A DNA stretch of 64,000 bases. It comes from Candidatus Cloacimonadales bacterium. Lineage in GTDB: Bacteria > Cloacimonadota > Cloacimonadia > Cloacimonadales > JAFGVF01. The stretch is taken from contig OY782781.1 of the NCBI GenBank assembly GCA_963678315.1, positions 2,144,001 to 2,208,000 of the forward strand. Reading direction: 5' to 3'. How positions within the stretch are numbered: position 1 is the stretch's first letter; the number at the start of each line of letters is the position of its first letter. Below are positions 28,901 to 37,425 of the stretch, piece after piece. The notes beneath the pieces are model-generated. The model was not told the DNA's origin. It saw nothing but the letters and a program-made list of their open reading frames with translations, and ran no database searches. The translations under genes were made by a program, and so were the position numbers.

Positions 28901-30597
28901 TCTACTAATTCTTCTAACTTAGGTACACATGGCACCTCAAAATACACGATATCAGTACGTCCCTCATAAAAAAGCTCTAACGAAAATCTAATATTTCTCC
29001 CATAAGGAGAGGAGTCAGAAATAATAAAGTCGCTACTAGAATCAAAGCCAAGAGAGCTAATTGGATTCCATTGCCCATTTCCTTCATCTATATTAATGAA
29101 AGGGTCATCGGTTGTAAGATGTCCTACTACAACATCACTACCTGATTCCCACCAATTCTTAAGGGATATGCTAAGACGTACTTCATCTTCTCCTGTGGAC
29201 AAAACTCCATCTCCTGTATCATCAACAGTAACATTATGAAGTCTATAGGCAGGATGATTCCCTTCAGTGAGAGCTCGATAAACATTCAAACGCCCTGTTC
29301 CCAGAGCACGCATATACATAGAATTTGTATTCATTTGCGTTAGGTCATCTGCAGTTCCCTTTAACCTTTGGATAATTTGTTCTCGGGTTAGATCTGGGAA
29401 TGTATCTTTTATCAATGCTACAGCACCAGAAACCATTGGTGCAGACATTGATGTTCCATCAGCGTATTCATAATTGCTACTCCATGGATTATATGGTAAA
29501 TTATGATTAGTAAACTCTTCATTCTGAGGGGTGGTTGAAACTATTCCATTGCCAGGTGCACAGATATCAAGCAAGTTCCCGTAGTTTGTATAAGATGCTT
29601 TAGCGTCATTGATTCCTGTAGCTCCAACAGAAATAACTCCTGGTATATTTGCTGGGAAAGCAATACTGTTTGCACCCTCATTACCAGCAGCAGCTACAAA
29701 TACGATATTATAATCTTCTAACATTATTGATGAAATTCTATTCCTTAACGTCTGGTTGATAGCATTAGGCACTCCCCAACTCATATTTACAACTTCTGCT
29801 CCATTCCTAAACGCCCAATTTATCCCAATTACAGCGAAACTTGCACTTGGTAATATATTGCTCATTCTTACAGGCATCAGCTGGCAACCAGACTCAAGGT
29901 TATTCCATCCTCCTGCTACACCTGCTACTCCGAGTGAGTTATTTGTTGATGCTCCAATAATCCCAGCAACATGAGTACCGTGCCCACTTTTATCTTGTGG
30001 TATATTAACATCTTCATCATCGAAATTAAGATATCCTAATACATTAAAGCCATGAGCTCCTTGTCCATCATCCCAAAGGTTACTTTCCAAATCAGGATGT
30101 ATTCCATAATCATTAATACCTAAATCAATACCTGAATCCAGCACAGCAACCTTAACATTACCTCCATAAGCTATTTGGTTACTCCATACTTGATTCATGC
30201 CTATTTTTTCTAAACCCAAGGATGTTGAATTATATGAGTCATCAGTGTTTATTCCGAACAACTCTAGTTCATGGTCAGGTTCTGCATATTCAATATTGCT
30301 TTCTTTCTCTAAATTGAAAATTACATCTTCAATATCGTACATCTTATTAAATTCAGCCAGATAGTAAGCCCCTTCATAATCACCTGTTTGGATGGTAAAC
30401 AATGTGTCCATTTTACTGATTTGATAGTTAGAGGCAATAGTATTAAACCAAGTTCTATCAGTTATTACTACTCCAGAGTTGTTTCCTGTAACATTGATTA
30501 AAACATCACTCTTAAAGAGAATATTTCCTTCTACAAAATTAGCTGATAAAGTGCTTATAACAATAATTAAAGTGATAAAAACTATTATCTTCTTCAT
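25975..30597 (-). CDS. Secreted S8 (subtilisin-like) serine peptidase with FG-GAP-like repeats, beta-helix/TPR-like region and FlgD-Ig/T9SS-like CTD
   Basis: Signal peptide; VAVLDSG, GHGTHVAG, GTSMSAP triad; CYPNPFNPST...VASGMYFYKL. Confidence 0.9.
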   Translation of the reverse strand: MKKIIVFITLIIVISTLSANFVEGNILFKSDVLINVTGNNSGVVITDRTWFNTIASNYQISKMDTLFTIQTGDYEGAYYLAEFNKMYDIEDVIFNLEKESNIEYAEPDHELELFGINTDDSYNSTSLGLEKIGMNQVWSNQIAYGGNVKVAVLDSGIDLGINDYGIHPDLESNLWDDGQGAHGFNVLGYLNFDDEDVNIPQDKSGHGTHVAGIIGASTNNSLGVAGVAGGWNNLESGCQLMPVRMSNILPSASFAVIGINWAFRNGAEVVNMSWGVPNAINQTLRNRISSIMLEDYNIVFVAAAGNEGANSIAFPANIPGVISVGATGINDAKASYTNYGNLLDICAPGNGIVSTTPQNEEFTNHNLPYNPWSSNYEYADGTSMSAPMVSGAVALIKDTFPDLTREQIIQRLKGTADDLTQMNTNSMYMRALGTGRLNVYRALTEGNHPAYRLHNVTVDDTGDGVLSTGEDEVRLSISLKNWWESGSDVVVGHLTTDDPFINIDEGNGQWNPISSLGFDSSSDFIISDSSPYGRNIRFSLELFYEGRTDIVYFEVPCVPKLEELVDLSTYQLTSEVAIFDMNNDGLDELAFGLKKPINDSFEYFACLYRNSHLFMEIVNDSIITKPAFGDIIYGDNAEVVFVTNAVTVYAYDSNLDDINQYPITFSNQLSGDVKSLIVDDLTGNGRMDILVNGNDYDNDSGFYGTITQHNYPSTDLETEYYTINGSRFLSEMAVGNVDQTLYREFTAVVSGSNNGSDNWVGIFKGNFVSGSKDDYVNVGDIEWVIDPGIDSITNLRSTNLLLVKPQFTNPDEPVYHNRLFFGITKDFHPGIERTTSYTTYCYDFGDEDPVQIWSHVDNTPSPIDEIDNIDLTPGKIIAGDFYPDNFGIEILTTASEEVLDVEQGYRINHTTNDYSSENGGYYHKNRRPSLLADLGESNIQDVVLSKDNELSVYQVNEEPLQSYNINFFANIKSMAIGSAFSTSIRDLYVLVGNQDTNEAKIYRIPIKNNNIDEMDEWTQFSNNERNTAQYLYNIPSVVDESIHIRQDVVINKNICIDPGVGVKVNPGIEIRIRNKNFINNNGEFHFNGTELYPVVVKGMCPNTIQDHWLGISSVNNSSLIVNNTYLSNAEIGLEMYDNGTYVLKNSILNNNEVSILAYDVLVDFGHDKILNSDIGIASYKSAVPYLAYNGTGENKISDNGVGLLAVQSQPYLHEGFNNFTNIQAGQLNIVTENMKSQIKADQNWWGHTNETDIKSTFSQYEDINYDHWLTTPNGSAGRDGMNEPFYLAENARINSNWDMAIQYYYQVLNDSLLTDADFQVLKGITVCHSKTNQVPDLIEWIDAKLISYPNQNDFRRELLNTKALCNRLIYNFQGAIDHYASIIESPPTYNDSCFAVIDMGSAWLESGGKCTTKYSSLMPRSRNDHIMNTRKILASLRNPENTQSQVIPLKPVLYNCYPNPFNPSTNIRYFIPQKSRVKLNIYNVRGQKVKTLLDSDMEKGQYQIVWNGNNNQNKKVASGMYFYKLESNKQAVVKKCLLIK

Positions 30598-30617
30598 TTC
30601 TTCCTCCTATTTATTTG

Positions 30618-31586
30618 CTATTTTATAATTGTAATTTTCTTTACTTGGCTTCTTTTCCCATCTTTAACCTTGAGAAAGTATATACCTGATGGATAATCTA
30701 GATTTTGAATTCGAGAAAGCCCGTTCTTTGTTGATATCTTATTTTCAGAATAAACTAATCTACCTCTAAGGTCATAAAGAGATAGATTTATATTCTTATC
30801 ACTTTTTTCCATAAATTCAATATTGAAACTGTTTATACAAGGTTGTGGATATATCTGTTTGATTAGCTGATTCTGCATAGGTTCAACCTCTTCAGAATTT
30901 GACACTGTTTTATGGTAGGTTACGATTAGGTGTGGATCATATGGAGCAGATGAAGTTGGATTATTTGAATATGAAACATAATCTGCTTCATATAGTCCTA
31001 TATCATGACCTGGTGGGAATATCAGCCTAAACTGAGAATAACCATGCGATTGTTCAATATCGTTAAGATAGCTCTCAGTAATCGGAAATGAGACCCAACC
31101 AACAAAAGCACTGTCCTGCAAGATCCCCACATTGGAAGTAAGTGGGGTAACATCAAAAACGGAAGGAGTTAAAGTCTCAAATTGTATATGATCAATAATA
31201 ACTGAGTAGGGTTGAGAATAGTAGTGTGGCCATATAAGGTCAATACCATTATCCCAATAGTACTGACATTTAAGGCGTAACATTACACTTGATATAGCGT
31301 AATCATTGGGAACTGGTTTAGTCTCAAATGTAATAAACGATCTGAAATCAAAAATACCTGTTCCAATAAACTGAGCATAACCATAACCAATATCTAAGGT
31401 TGATTGATTGGGAAAGTTGTAATAATTCTGATAATCCATACTATGGTATATAGTCCCAGTCATAGGATTAGGCTCAGAGTATATTGTATCAACAAGAACT
31501 GATTCATATCTATCAGAATATAGCTGTAGAATTATGCTAAATAGAATTAATAAGATTAAGAGATGTCTCTTCATTTTTTCCTCCAT
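30618..31586 (-). CDS. Secreted protein with T9SS-type-A-like C-terminal domain
   Basis: Signal peptide; IYPQP...LYDLRGRLV...SGIYFLKV...KKITIIK. Confidence 0.8.
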   Translation of the reverse strand: MEEKMKRHLLILLILFSIILQLYSDRYESVLVDTIYSEPNPMTGTIYHSMDYQNYYNFPNQSTLDIGYGYAQFIGTGIFDFRSFITFETKPVPNDYAISSVMLRLKCQYYWDNGIDLIWPHYYSQPYSVIIDHIQFETLTPSVFDVTPLTSNVGILQDSAFVGWVSFPITESYLNDIEQSHGYSQFRLIFPPGHDIGLYEADYVSYSNNPTSSAPYDPHLIVTYHKTVSNSEEVEPMQNQLIKQIYPQPCINSFNIEFMEKSDKNINLSLYDLRGRLVYSENKISTKNGLSRIQNLDYPSGIYFLKVKDGKRSQVKKITIIK

Positions 31587-32196
31587 TTTAATGTATAAAT
31601 TATATATAATGTGTGGTTATGAAAAAGCAATATTTATATAATCATCATCAAGATTTAATCTGATAATAATCAAGTAATAGTTTATTTCAAAGCTGCTCCT
31701 TGAACTTCTTTCAATTTCTAAACTGAGTCACTAATATAATATTTAGCAAAAACCAATTTGAGAATAATTAGTATTTCACTAATTGTCAATTGCTTTATTT
31801 ATAATTTATATAAAAGAGGTGTCAGAAAAGTTTTTTTTTATGCTAAAATGGACAATCTAAGACTGATAATTTCAAGCGATGTTAACATGCATGCCAATAG
31901 TTTCTGCCCCAAAAAAAAGATTTAATGCAGAAAATCTCTTATAAATAAAGATAATTTGGGTAAAATATATAAAATTAGTGCTTATAAAACCTAGAAATTG
32001 TTCAATTTCATCCACAAATATTTCTTAGTTATACATCTTCTCATGCATAAGCCATAAACTCTTCACCCACTATTTCAACTATTTTTTTGATATTTTAACT
32101 TATTCTGTGTTAACTCTTTGCAACTCGGTTTGCCTTCTGTTAAATTTCTGTTTTACATTGCATCATAAATATAAAATAATGATGTAAGGATTTTAA

Positions 32197-32622
32197 ATGA
32201 GAATAGATATACATACAGTTTTAAGAGTCTTAAACCTACCTGAAGATGAAAAGATAGCACAACTTTTAGAAGAACACTCTGAGAGTGCTGTAGGCTGGTT
32301 TAGAAAAGTAGCTGAATCCTCAGTACTTGAATCTCTTACAGACTATAAGATGTCTTATTCTTTTTTCTTATTATCTCAAGTATTAGACTTTCTAAACCTT
32401 AAAACTCTTGGTTCTGGTATTATTAAGACTACGGGTATTGATGCACAAGTAACTGAACTTCTTACTGGTAGTGAGATTAGAGCTTATAAAAAGGATTTAG
32501 AGATTCGTTCTTTAGAGACTATTTATGATTATCTTACTCCTCTTGGTATTAAGCGTTTAGATGAACTTAAGTTTGGAAGCAAAGCAGTTAAACACCATAG
32601 AACTAGGGCAACTGTAATATGA
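32197..32622 (+). CDS. Phage protein, probable head-completion/connector
   Basis: First gene of a coupled operon leading to the portal; 3' end duplicated at ~48052-48160. Confidence 0.55.
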   Translation: MRIDIHTVLRVLNLPEDEKIAQLLEEHSESAVGWFRKVAESSVLESLTDYKMSYSFFLLSQVLDFLNLKTLGSGIIKTTGIDAQVTELLTGSEIRAYKKDLEIRSLETIYDYLTPLGIKRLDELKFGSKAVKHHRTRATVI

Positions 32623-33083
32623 GTGTAAATAGTGAAATATTAAAAGCTATTTATACTTCAATAGAGAGTAAACTACACCTCATAGGTAGTGTTATTGAGG
32701 GCAAAGCTAGAAGACTTATACTAGAGAAAGGTATTAAAGATAAAGGTGATTTCTATCAAAACACAAGCTATGCTGTAAGCTTTAACAGCTCTTCTATTGA
32801 CCTGGTTGTAGGATCTAATGTACCTCATGAGCAATATGTTCTAGGTGGTAAAGTTCCCTCCTGGACTCCAATCCAGCCACTTAAAGATTGGGTTGCTCGT
32901 AAAGGCTTAGACTGGGTTGATAAGAAGACAGGTGAACAACTTACTATTGAGAACATTGCCTATATGATTAGAGGAAAGATAAAACGTGAGGGTGTGCCTG
33001 AACGTAATGTCTTTGCAGAGGTTATCCAAAACCAAGAGAAGTGGATTTTTAGTCAGTTAGATTCTATTGAGGTAATACTATGA
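32619..33083 (+). CDS. Phage virion-morphogenesis (HK97 gp10 / Mu gpG-like) protein
   Basis: LVVGSNVPHEQYV, WTPIQPLKDWV, IKREGV; close paralogue at 48157. Confidence 0.6.
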   Translation: MSVNSEILKAIYTSIESKLHLIGSVIEGKARRLILEKGIKDKGDFYQNTSYAVSFNSSSIDLVVGSNVPHEQYVLGGKVPSWTPIQPLKDWVARKGLDWVDKKTGEQLTIENIAYMIRGKIKREGVPERNVFAEVIQNQEKWIFSQLDSIEVIL

Positions 33084-33454
33084 CCTTTCAAGATAAACGA
33101 ATCGCTATTGTTAAAGCATTAATTGACACTGGTATTTCCTCTCGTAACATCGCTTTTTCTAAAGACACTATTCCTAGTTCTTTTCCATCTGCTATTGTAG
33201 TATTAGAAGGAGAAAAAGGCTGTAATAAATCTTCTAAGCGATACTTAGCATTTGAATATGACATCCAAGTATTTCTAATTACTGATGTTAACAATTCAGA
33301 TGATCCAGATATAGATATATTAAAACTATCAGATAGATTTAAATCTAATTACAGAACAGCTGTTGGGAGTGATATACCTAAGATTGAATTCTACCCAGCA
33401 AGAGCTGATGCAGGGCGTAAAGTACGCATAGCCAAGGTTTATACGGTGATTTAG
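33080..33454 (+). CDS. Phage protein, probable tail-completion factor
   Basis: Operon position; FPSAIVVLEGE; truncated paralogue at 48618. Confidence 0.5.
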   Translation: MTFQDKRIAIVKALIDTGISSRNIAFSKDTIPSSFPSAIVVLEGEKGCNKSSKRYLAFEYDIQVFLITDVNNSDDPDIDILKLSDRFKSNYRTAVGSDIPKIEFYPARADAGRKVRIAKVYTVI

Positions 33455-34086
33455 ATGAGAGTTCAAAAGATTGGTGGATTCAATATTGGGATAGTTAGCA
33501 GTGAAGATTTGCTTAATAAGAACTACTCGCCTGAGCCTGTTAACTTAAATTCTTATAAGTGGGAAGGTAGTAAAAGGCTATCGAAATCTTATGAGAAAAA
33601 GAGAATGATAACAGCTCCCTACTCTATGGGTAACTTGCTTAAACTCATTGAAAAAGATGAGTACCATTCAGGTTGTATTGCTTCTAAGGTAAACACCTGT
33701 CTGATGCAGATAGAAGTTAAGAATAGTAGTTTAAAGAGTTGGTTTAGTGATGCTCAATATCCAGGTAATGATGACATACTTTTAACTCTTGGAGAACTGC
33801 TTAAATACTATCTAGCATGTGGTAATGGCTTTATCATCAAGATGAGAAGTGCTTCAGGAGATTGGGTTGGCTTAGAAAGACTACTACCAACAGAAGTACA
33901 ACTAATAGAAAACTATGATGAGTTTGGATTCTTCAAGCCTGATTTCCTTCATGTTAAAAATGGAACGAAGAGATTCTTTCCTGGAGATGATGTAATTCAC
34001 TTTAAGAACCCAACTCATAGATCAAATGCTTGGGGTGTCTCTTGCCTACCTGTGGCTGTTAATATTGAGATTCTAGAACAGATTAA
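33455..34086 (+). pseudogene. Portal protein (PBSX-like), truncated after ~210 aa
   Basis: YHSGCIASK, YYLACGNGFI, LERLLPTEV, DVIHFKNP...WGVS; frame then runs into the antisense sigma gene, far short of a full portal. Confidence 0.75.
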
Positions 34087-34096
34087 AAGTGTGTGT

Positions 34097-35056
34097 TTAA
34101 AACTTATCATTTTGTTGAATCTCTTTAGCAATGCCTTTTTTTTTCAATTCATCATAACTACCTAATCTTTCGTTATAGGAACCGTTGAAGCTATCTAAGT
34201 CTTTTTGCTTAATTTCTGTCTTTAGTTTGCTTTTATCAATTTGTACAACTCCTTGAGGCCAGATAGGAAATTCGACTACTTGTATATTGTTTGAACTTGT
34301 TATAATGAATTCTATAAAAAAAAAGCTGTGCTTATTACCTTGATTAATAAAAACAACTAAAAGACAATAGCTTTGTTCATCAATATACTGTAATTTACAT
34401 GACTTCATTTCTTTAAATTTAATCTTTGAGAAGTCATTAATTTTAGCATTTTTTAAATATCGTTTCATAGAAGATAAATCATTATTATTAAGTGAGTTCT
34501 TTAGTTTATGTATGAAGTTATTAATCTTAAGTGTAAGGTTAGTATAGGGTAATAACTTAAAAAATAGGGTCTTATTATCAATCAGATGATAAAGCTCAAT
34601 TTCATTAGTATACTTATATATTATTTCTCTGACTTTACTCTCTTTAAGTTTAAATCTCTGGGCAATTTTAGCTTTTGATTCTTTCTCTATATAGAAATAC
34701 TCTAATATTCTTCTTTCTCTATCTTTATGTGCAAGAAAAAGATATTTACTAAAATCAATCTCAAAATCTATAATTTCACTACTATTTTCTTGATTTTTAT
34801 TTGAAAAAAAATCAAGTTTATCTTCTTCTACATGAACGGCTAATAATCTTTTTTGCTTAGTAAAATAATCATTACATAAGTTAGTAACTACCTTTCTAAT
34901 CCATCCTTTAGGATTAGCAATCTCTATTACTCTTGAAATCTTTACAAGCTTAACCAGACAATCACTTGCAAAATCCTCAGCTAATTCATAATCATTAACT
35001 ATTTTATAAGCAGTTACCTTTGCAGATTCAAAATACTCTTTAAAACTATTAACCAT
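34097..35056 (-). CDS. ECF-type sigma-70 factor with long C-terminal extension
   Basis: AYKIVNDYELAEDFASD...WIRKVVTNLCNDYF (region 2); ILEYFYIEKESKAKIAQRF (region 4). Confidence 0.75.
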   Translation of the reverse strand: MVNSFKEYFESAKVTAYKIVNDYELAEDFASDCLVKLVKISRVIEIANPKGWIRKVVTNLCNDYFTKQKRLLAVHVEEDKLDFFSNKNQENSSEIIDFEIDFSKYLFLAHKDRERRILEYFYIEKESKAKIAQRFKLKESKVREIIYKYTNEIELYHLIDNKTLFFKLLPYTNLTLKINNFIHKLKNSLNNNDLSSMKRYLKNAKINDFSKIKFKEMKSCKLQYIDEQSYCLLVVFINQGNKHSFFFIEFIITSSNNIQVVEFPIWPQGVVQIDKSKLKTEIKQKDLDSFNGSYNERLGSYDELKKKGIAKEIQQNDKF

Positions 35057-35148
35057 CGCTAGCCTCTCGTAAAATTTTATGTATCAATCAAATAGAGCAA
35101 ACTAATAAAAATATTGTTTTTTTTAGAGTCTATGTAACAGGAGGAGAT

Positions 35149-35346
35149 ATGAAAAAAATAATCTCATTACTGTTAGTGTTAAGTTTTGTCGTGTTGGTAT
35201 TTGCCAGTCAAGTTAATTATGAACTATATCCAGAAATTACATGGATAGAGGTCGGATCTCAAAATTACGAAGTTATTTATGATGACCCAAATGATGATTA
35301 TATTGCTATAGTTATTAATGGAGAAATATTTATAGTTAAAAAGTAA
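35149..35346 (+). CDS. Small secreted protein
   Basis: AGGAGG RBS, signal peptide, 65 aa, divergent from the sigma gene. Confidence 0.7.
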   Translation: MKKIISLLLVLSFVVLVFASQVNYELYPEITWIEVGSQNYEVIYDDPNDDYIAIVINGEIFIVKK

Positions 35347-35577
35347 ATGTTGCAGTTATAGTAATCCTTGTATATTAAGGATTTAGTTAGTTACAACAAA
35401 ACTAGGAGCTAAACAAAAAACAAAAAAAGGAGTAATAAAAAAATGCACAAAAGGAATATTTTAATATTGTTTAGTAGTCTGTTTTATCTTCTATCATAGG
35501 GCATTGTTATCAATTAGATGGTATAATGCAATAATAACTTTACAAATTTAGAAGATCTTAAATTACTTTAATAAATA

Positions 35578-36333
35578 ATGAAGAATAAGGAGTATAGTAT
35601 GAAATTAAGATTAATATTATTGATGTTATTTTATGTTTTAGGTACTAATCTATTTTGCGATAATAATGAATCAATACTCAAAAGTGGTAACAAAAAAAAA
35701 CAGATTGCAGGTTATATTCAATTATTGTCTCAAATACGGTTTGGTAATGACCTAAAACTTGGAGATCGAGTAGTTTATTGTTATAAAGCAGAAGGTAATA
35801 ATGATAGTGTTCACTCTTTAGAAATAATGTCAAAAGATGATAACAACATGGTTATATTGGAAGAGTTTGATGGCAATAGCGTCTATGTTAGAATGAACAG
35901 CAACACTAAAGAGGTCTTAGCTATTTGGGGAACTGATGAATTTGGTCAAGATCAAGTTTTAAATGTTTTATCAAAAAATGAGTTAACCATCTTCGAAGAT
36001 GAAATTAGTGAAATGTTTAATGTTGCTGATTCCATTTTGCAAATTAATGAAAGTTTTTATTTTGATGCTAACACTGAAATCAAACAAGTCGATCAAAACT
36101 CTAGAGTAAATACAATTGATGTAAAAATGGATATTACCAAAACAAAGATTCCTGAAGAGATATCCCAAGAAGTAATAAAGGAAAACAGGTTAGTTTTATC
36201 AAGTGATGTTCCTAAAATGCTACCTTTAATCCCTGTTGCTCTAAGTAATTATAACAAAAGGGGTCTTCTCAAACAATACGATTATGGATTTGTTGAGAAT
36301 AACATATTGGAATTGAGGAGCTATCGAAAATGA
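35578..36333 (+). CDS. Secreted hypothetical protein
   Basis: Signal peptide MKLRLILLMLFYVLG (likely start 35599 after AAGGAG). Confidence 0.7.
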   Translation: MKNKEYSMKLRLILLMLFYVLGTNLFCDNNESILKSGNKKKQIAGYIQLLSQIRFGNDLKLGDRVVYCYKAEGNNDSVHSLEIMSKDDNNMVILEEFDGNSVYVRMNSNTKEVLAIWGTDEFGQDQVLNVLSKNELTIFEDEISEMFNVADSILQINESFYFDANTEIKQVDQNSRVNTIDVKMDITKTKIPEEISQEVIKENRLVLSSDVPKMLPLIPVALSNYNKRGLLKQYDYGFVENNILELRSYRK

Positions 36334-37412
36334 AAAGCTTTAAAATTATAATAATCGCCTTGTTTATTATTATCATTATATTACTTGCTGGATGTGATTT
36401 TAAATTATATAATGACCCCGAAGTTGATGAGGGTGCTTGGAGAGAGGATTTCATTGCTATAATGAACATTGATGGTTCTGATGTTGAACTTATACAATCA
36501 CAACATCAGAATTACTTTGCAGGTGCAAGAAGACCTTATTTTGTGAAAGACTTAGCTGGAAACAGTGAAGAAGAGGTTATTCTCTTAGACTTTCAAGATA
36601 AAATAGATATCATGTCGCTTGATGGAGAAAATAGAAGAACTATTATTGATTCATTGGGTGGTGTACAATATTTTAATCAAGATAGAACAAAAATGATTCT
36701 TCTTCATAATGGTAAGGTTTATCTATCAAGTGTAGATGGATCTAAAGTTGAAAAAATTTCACTTAGTTCTATTACTCGTGGTTATAATCCATCATTTGCT
36801 AAAGATGAAGAGACAATTTTATACAATTATATTGTGAGAAATGATACAACTACTACTGAGTTAGGTTTAGTTGAATATAATATTTATACAAACAACTCTC
36901 AAGTTATTTTGAACACAGTAGTACAAGAAGATCTTCTATTTAATCCAGCATATCAATATCCGAGTAGAATCAATGAAAATGTAATTGTTTATCGGTACGA
37001 TTATAACAAGTTTGAAAATGAGGAAGTGATCAGTAGTCATGATTTTAGAGAACATGACTTGGTGACAAATGAAATAGATATTTTGATTGAGGGGTATATA
37101 AATCTCAAGTACTCAAATTTGAATGAGTTTGTAACATTTGAGCGTGGAAATGATAGGAATATATATTTGTTAAACATAGAGACACAATCAACTATATCTT
37201 TTGAAACAAGTCTTTATGATATTGAAGATGCAAGTTTCAGCTCTGATGATCGTTATCTGATGCTAAATGAAACTATCTATGATACACATTTAGATTCTAC
37301 TTTTATTTTAGAAGACAGTGACTTTTTTGGTAAATATCATAATATTTCTAAAACTAGCATGAATTCAGATAACACAAAAATTGTGGGAATTGTAGGTTTC
37401 TTACATTACTAA
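36330..37412 (+). CDS. Lipoprotein, TolB-like beta-propeller
   Basis: Lipobox LLAGC; IMNIDGSD, IMSLDGEN, SSVDGSK and SFSSDDRY repeats. Confidence 0.75.
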   Translation: MKSFKIIIIALFIIIIILLAGCDFKLYNDPEVDEGAWREDFIAIMNIDGSDVELIQSQHQNYFAGARRPYFVKDLAGNSEEEVILLDFQDKIDIMSLDGENRRTIIDSLGGVQYFNQDRTKMILLHNGKVYLSSVDGSKVEKISLSSITRGYNPSFAKDEETILYNYIVRNDTTTTELGLVEYNIYTNNSQVILNTVVQEDLLFNPAYQYPSRINENVIVYRYDYNKFENEEVISSHDFREHDLVTNEIDILIEGYINLKYSNLNEFVTFERGNDRNIYLLNIETQSTISFETSLYDIEDASFSSDDRYLMLNETIYDTHLDSTFILEDSDFFGKYHNISKTSMNSDNTKIVGIVGFLHY

Positions 37413-37425
37413 ACAGGAGGGGAAA

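Noticed and set aside
34087..34165. Genuine C-terminus of the portal ORF
   Set aside because: It is read-through into the antisense strand of the sigma gene past the breakpoint.
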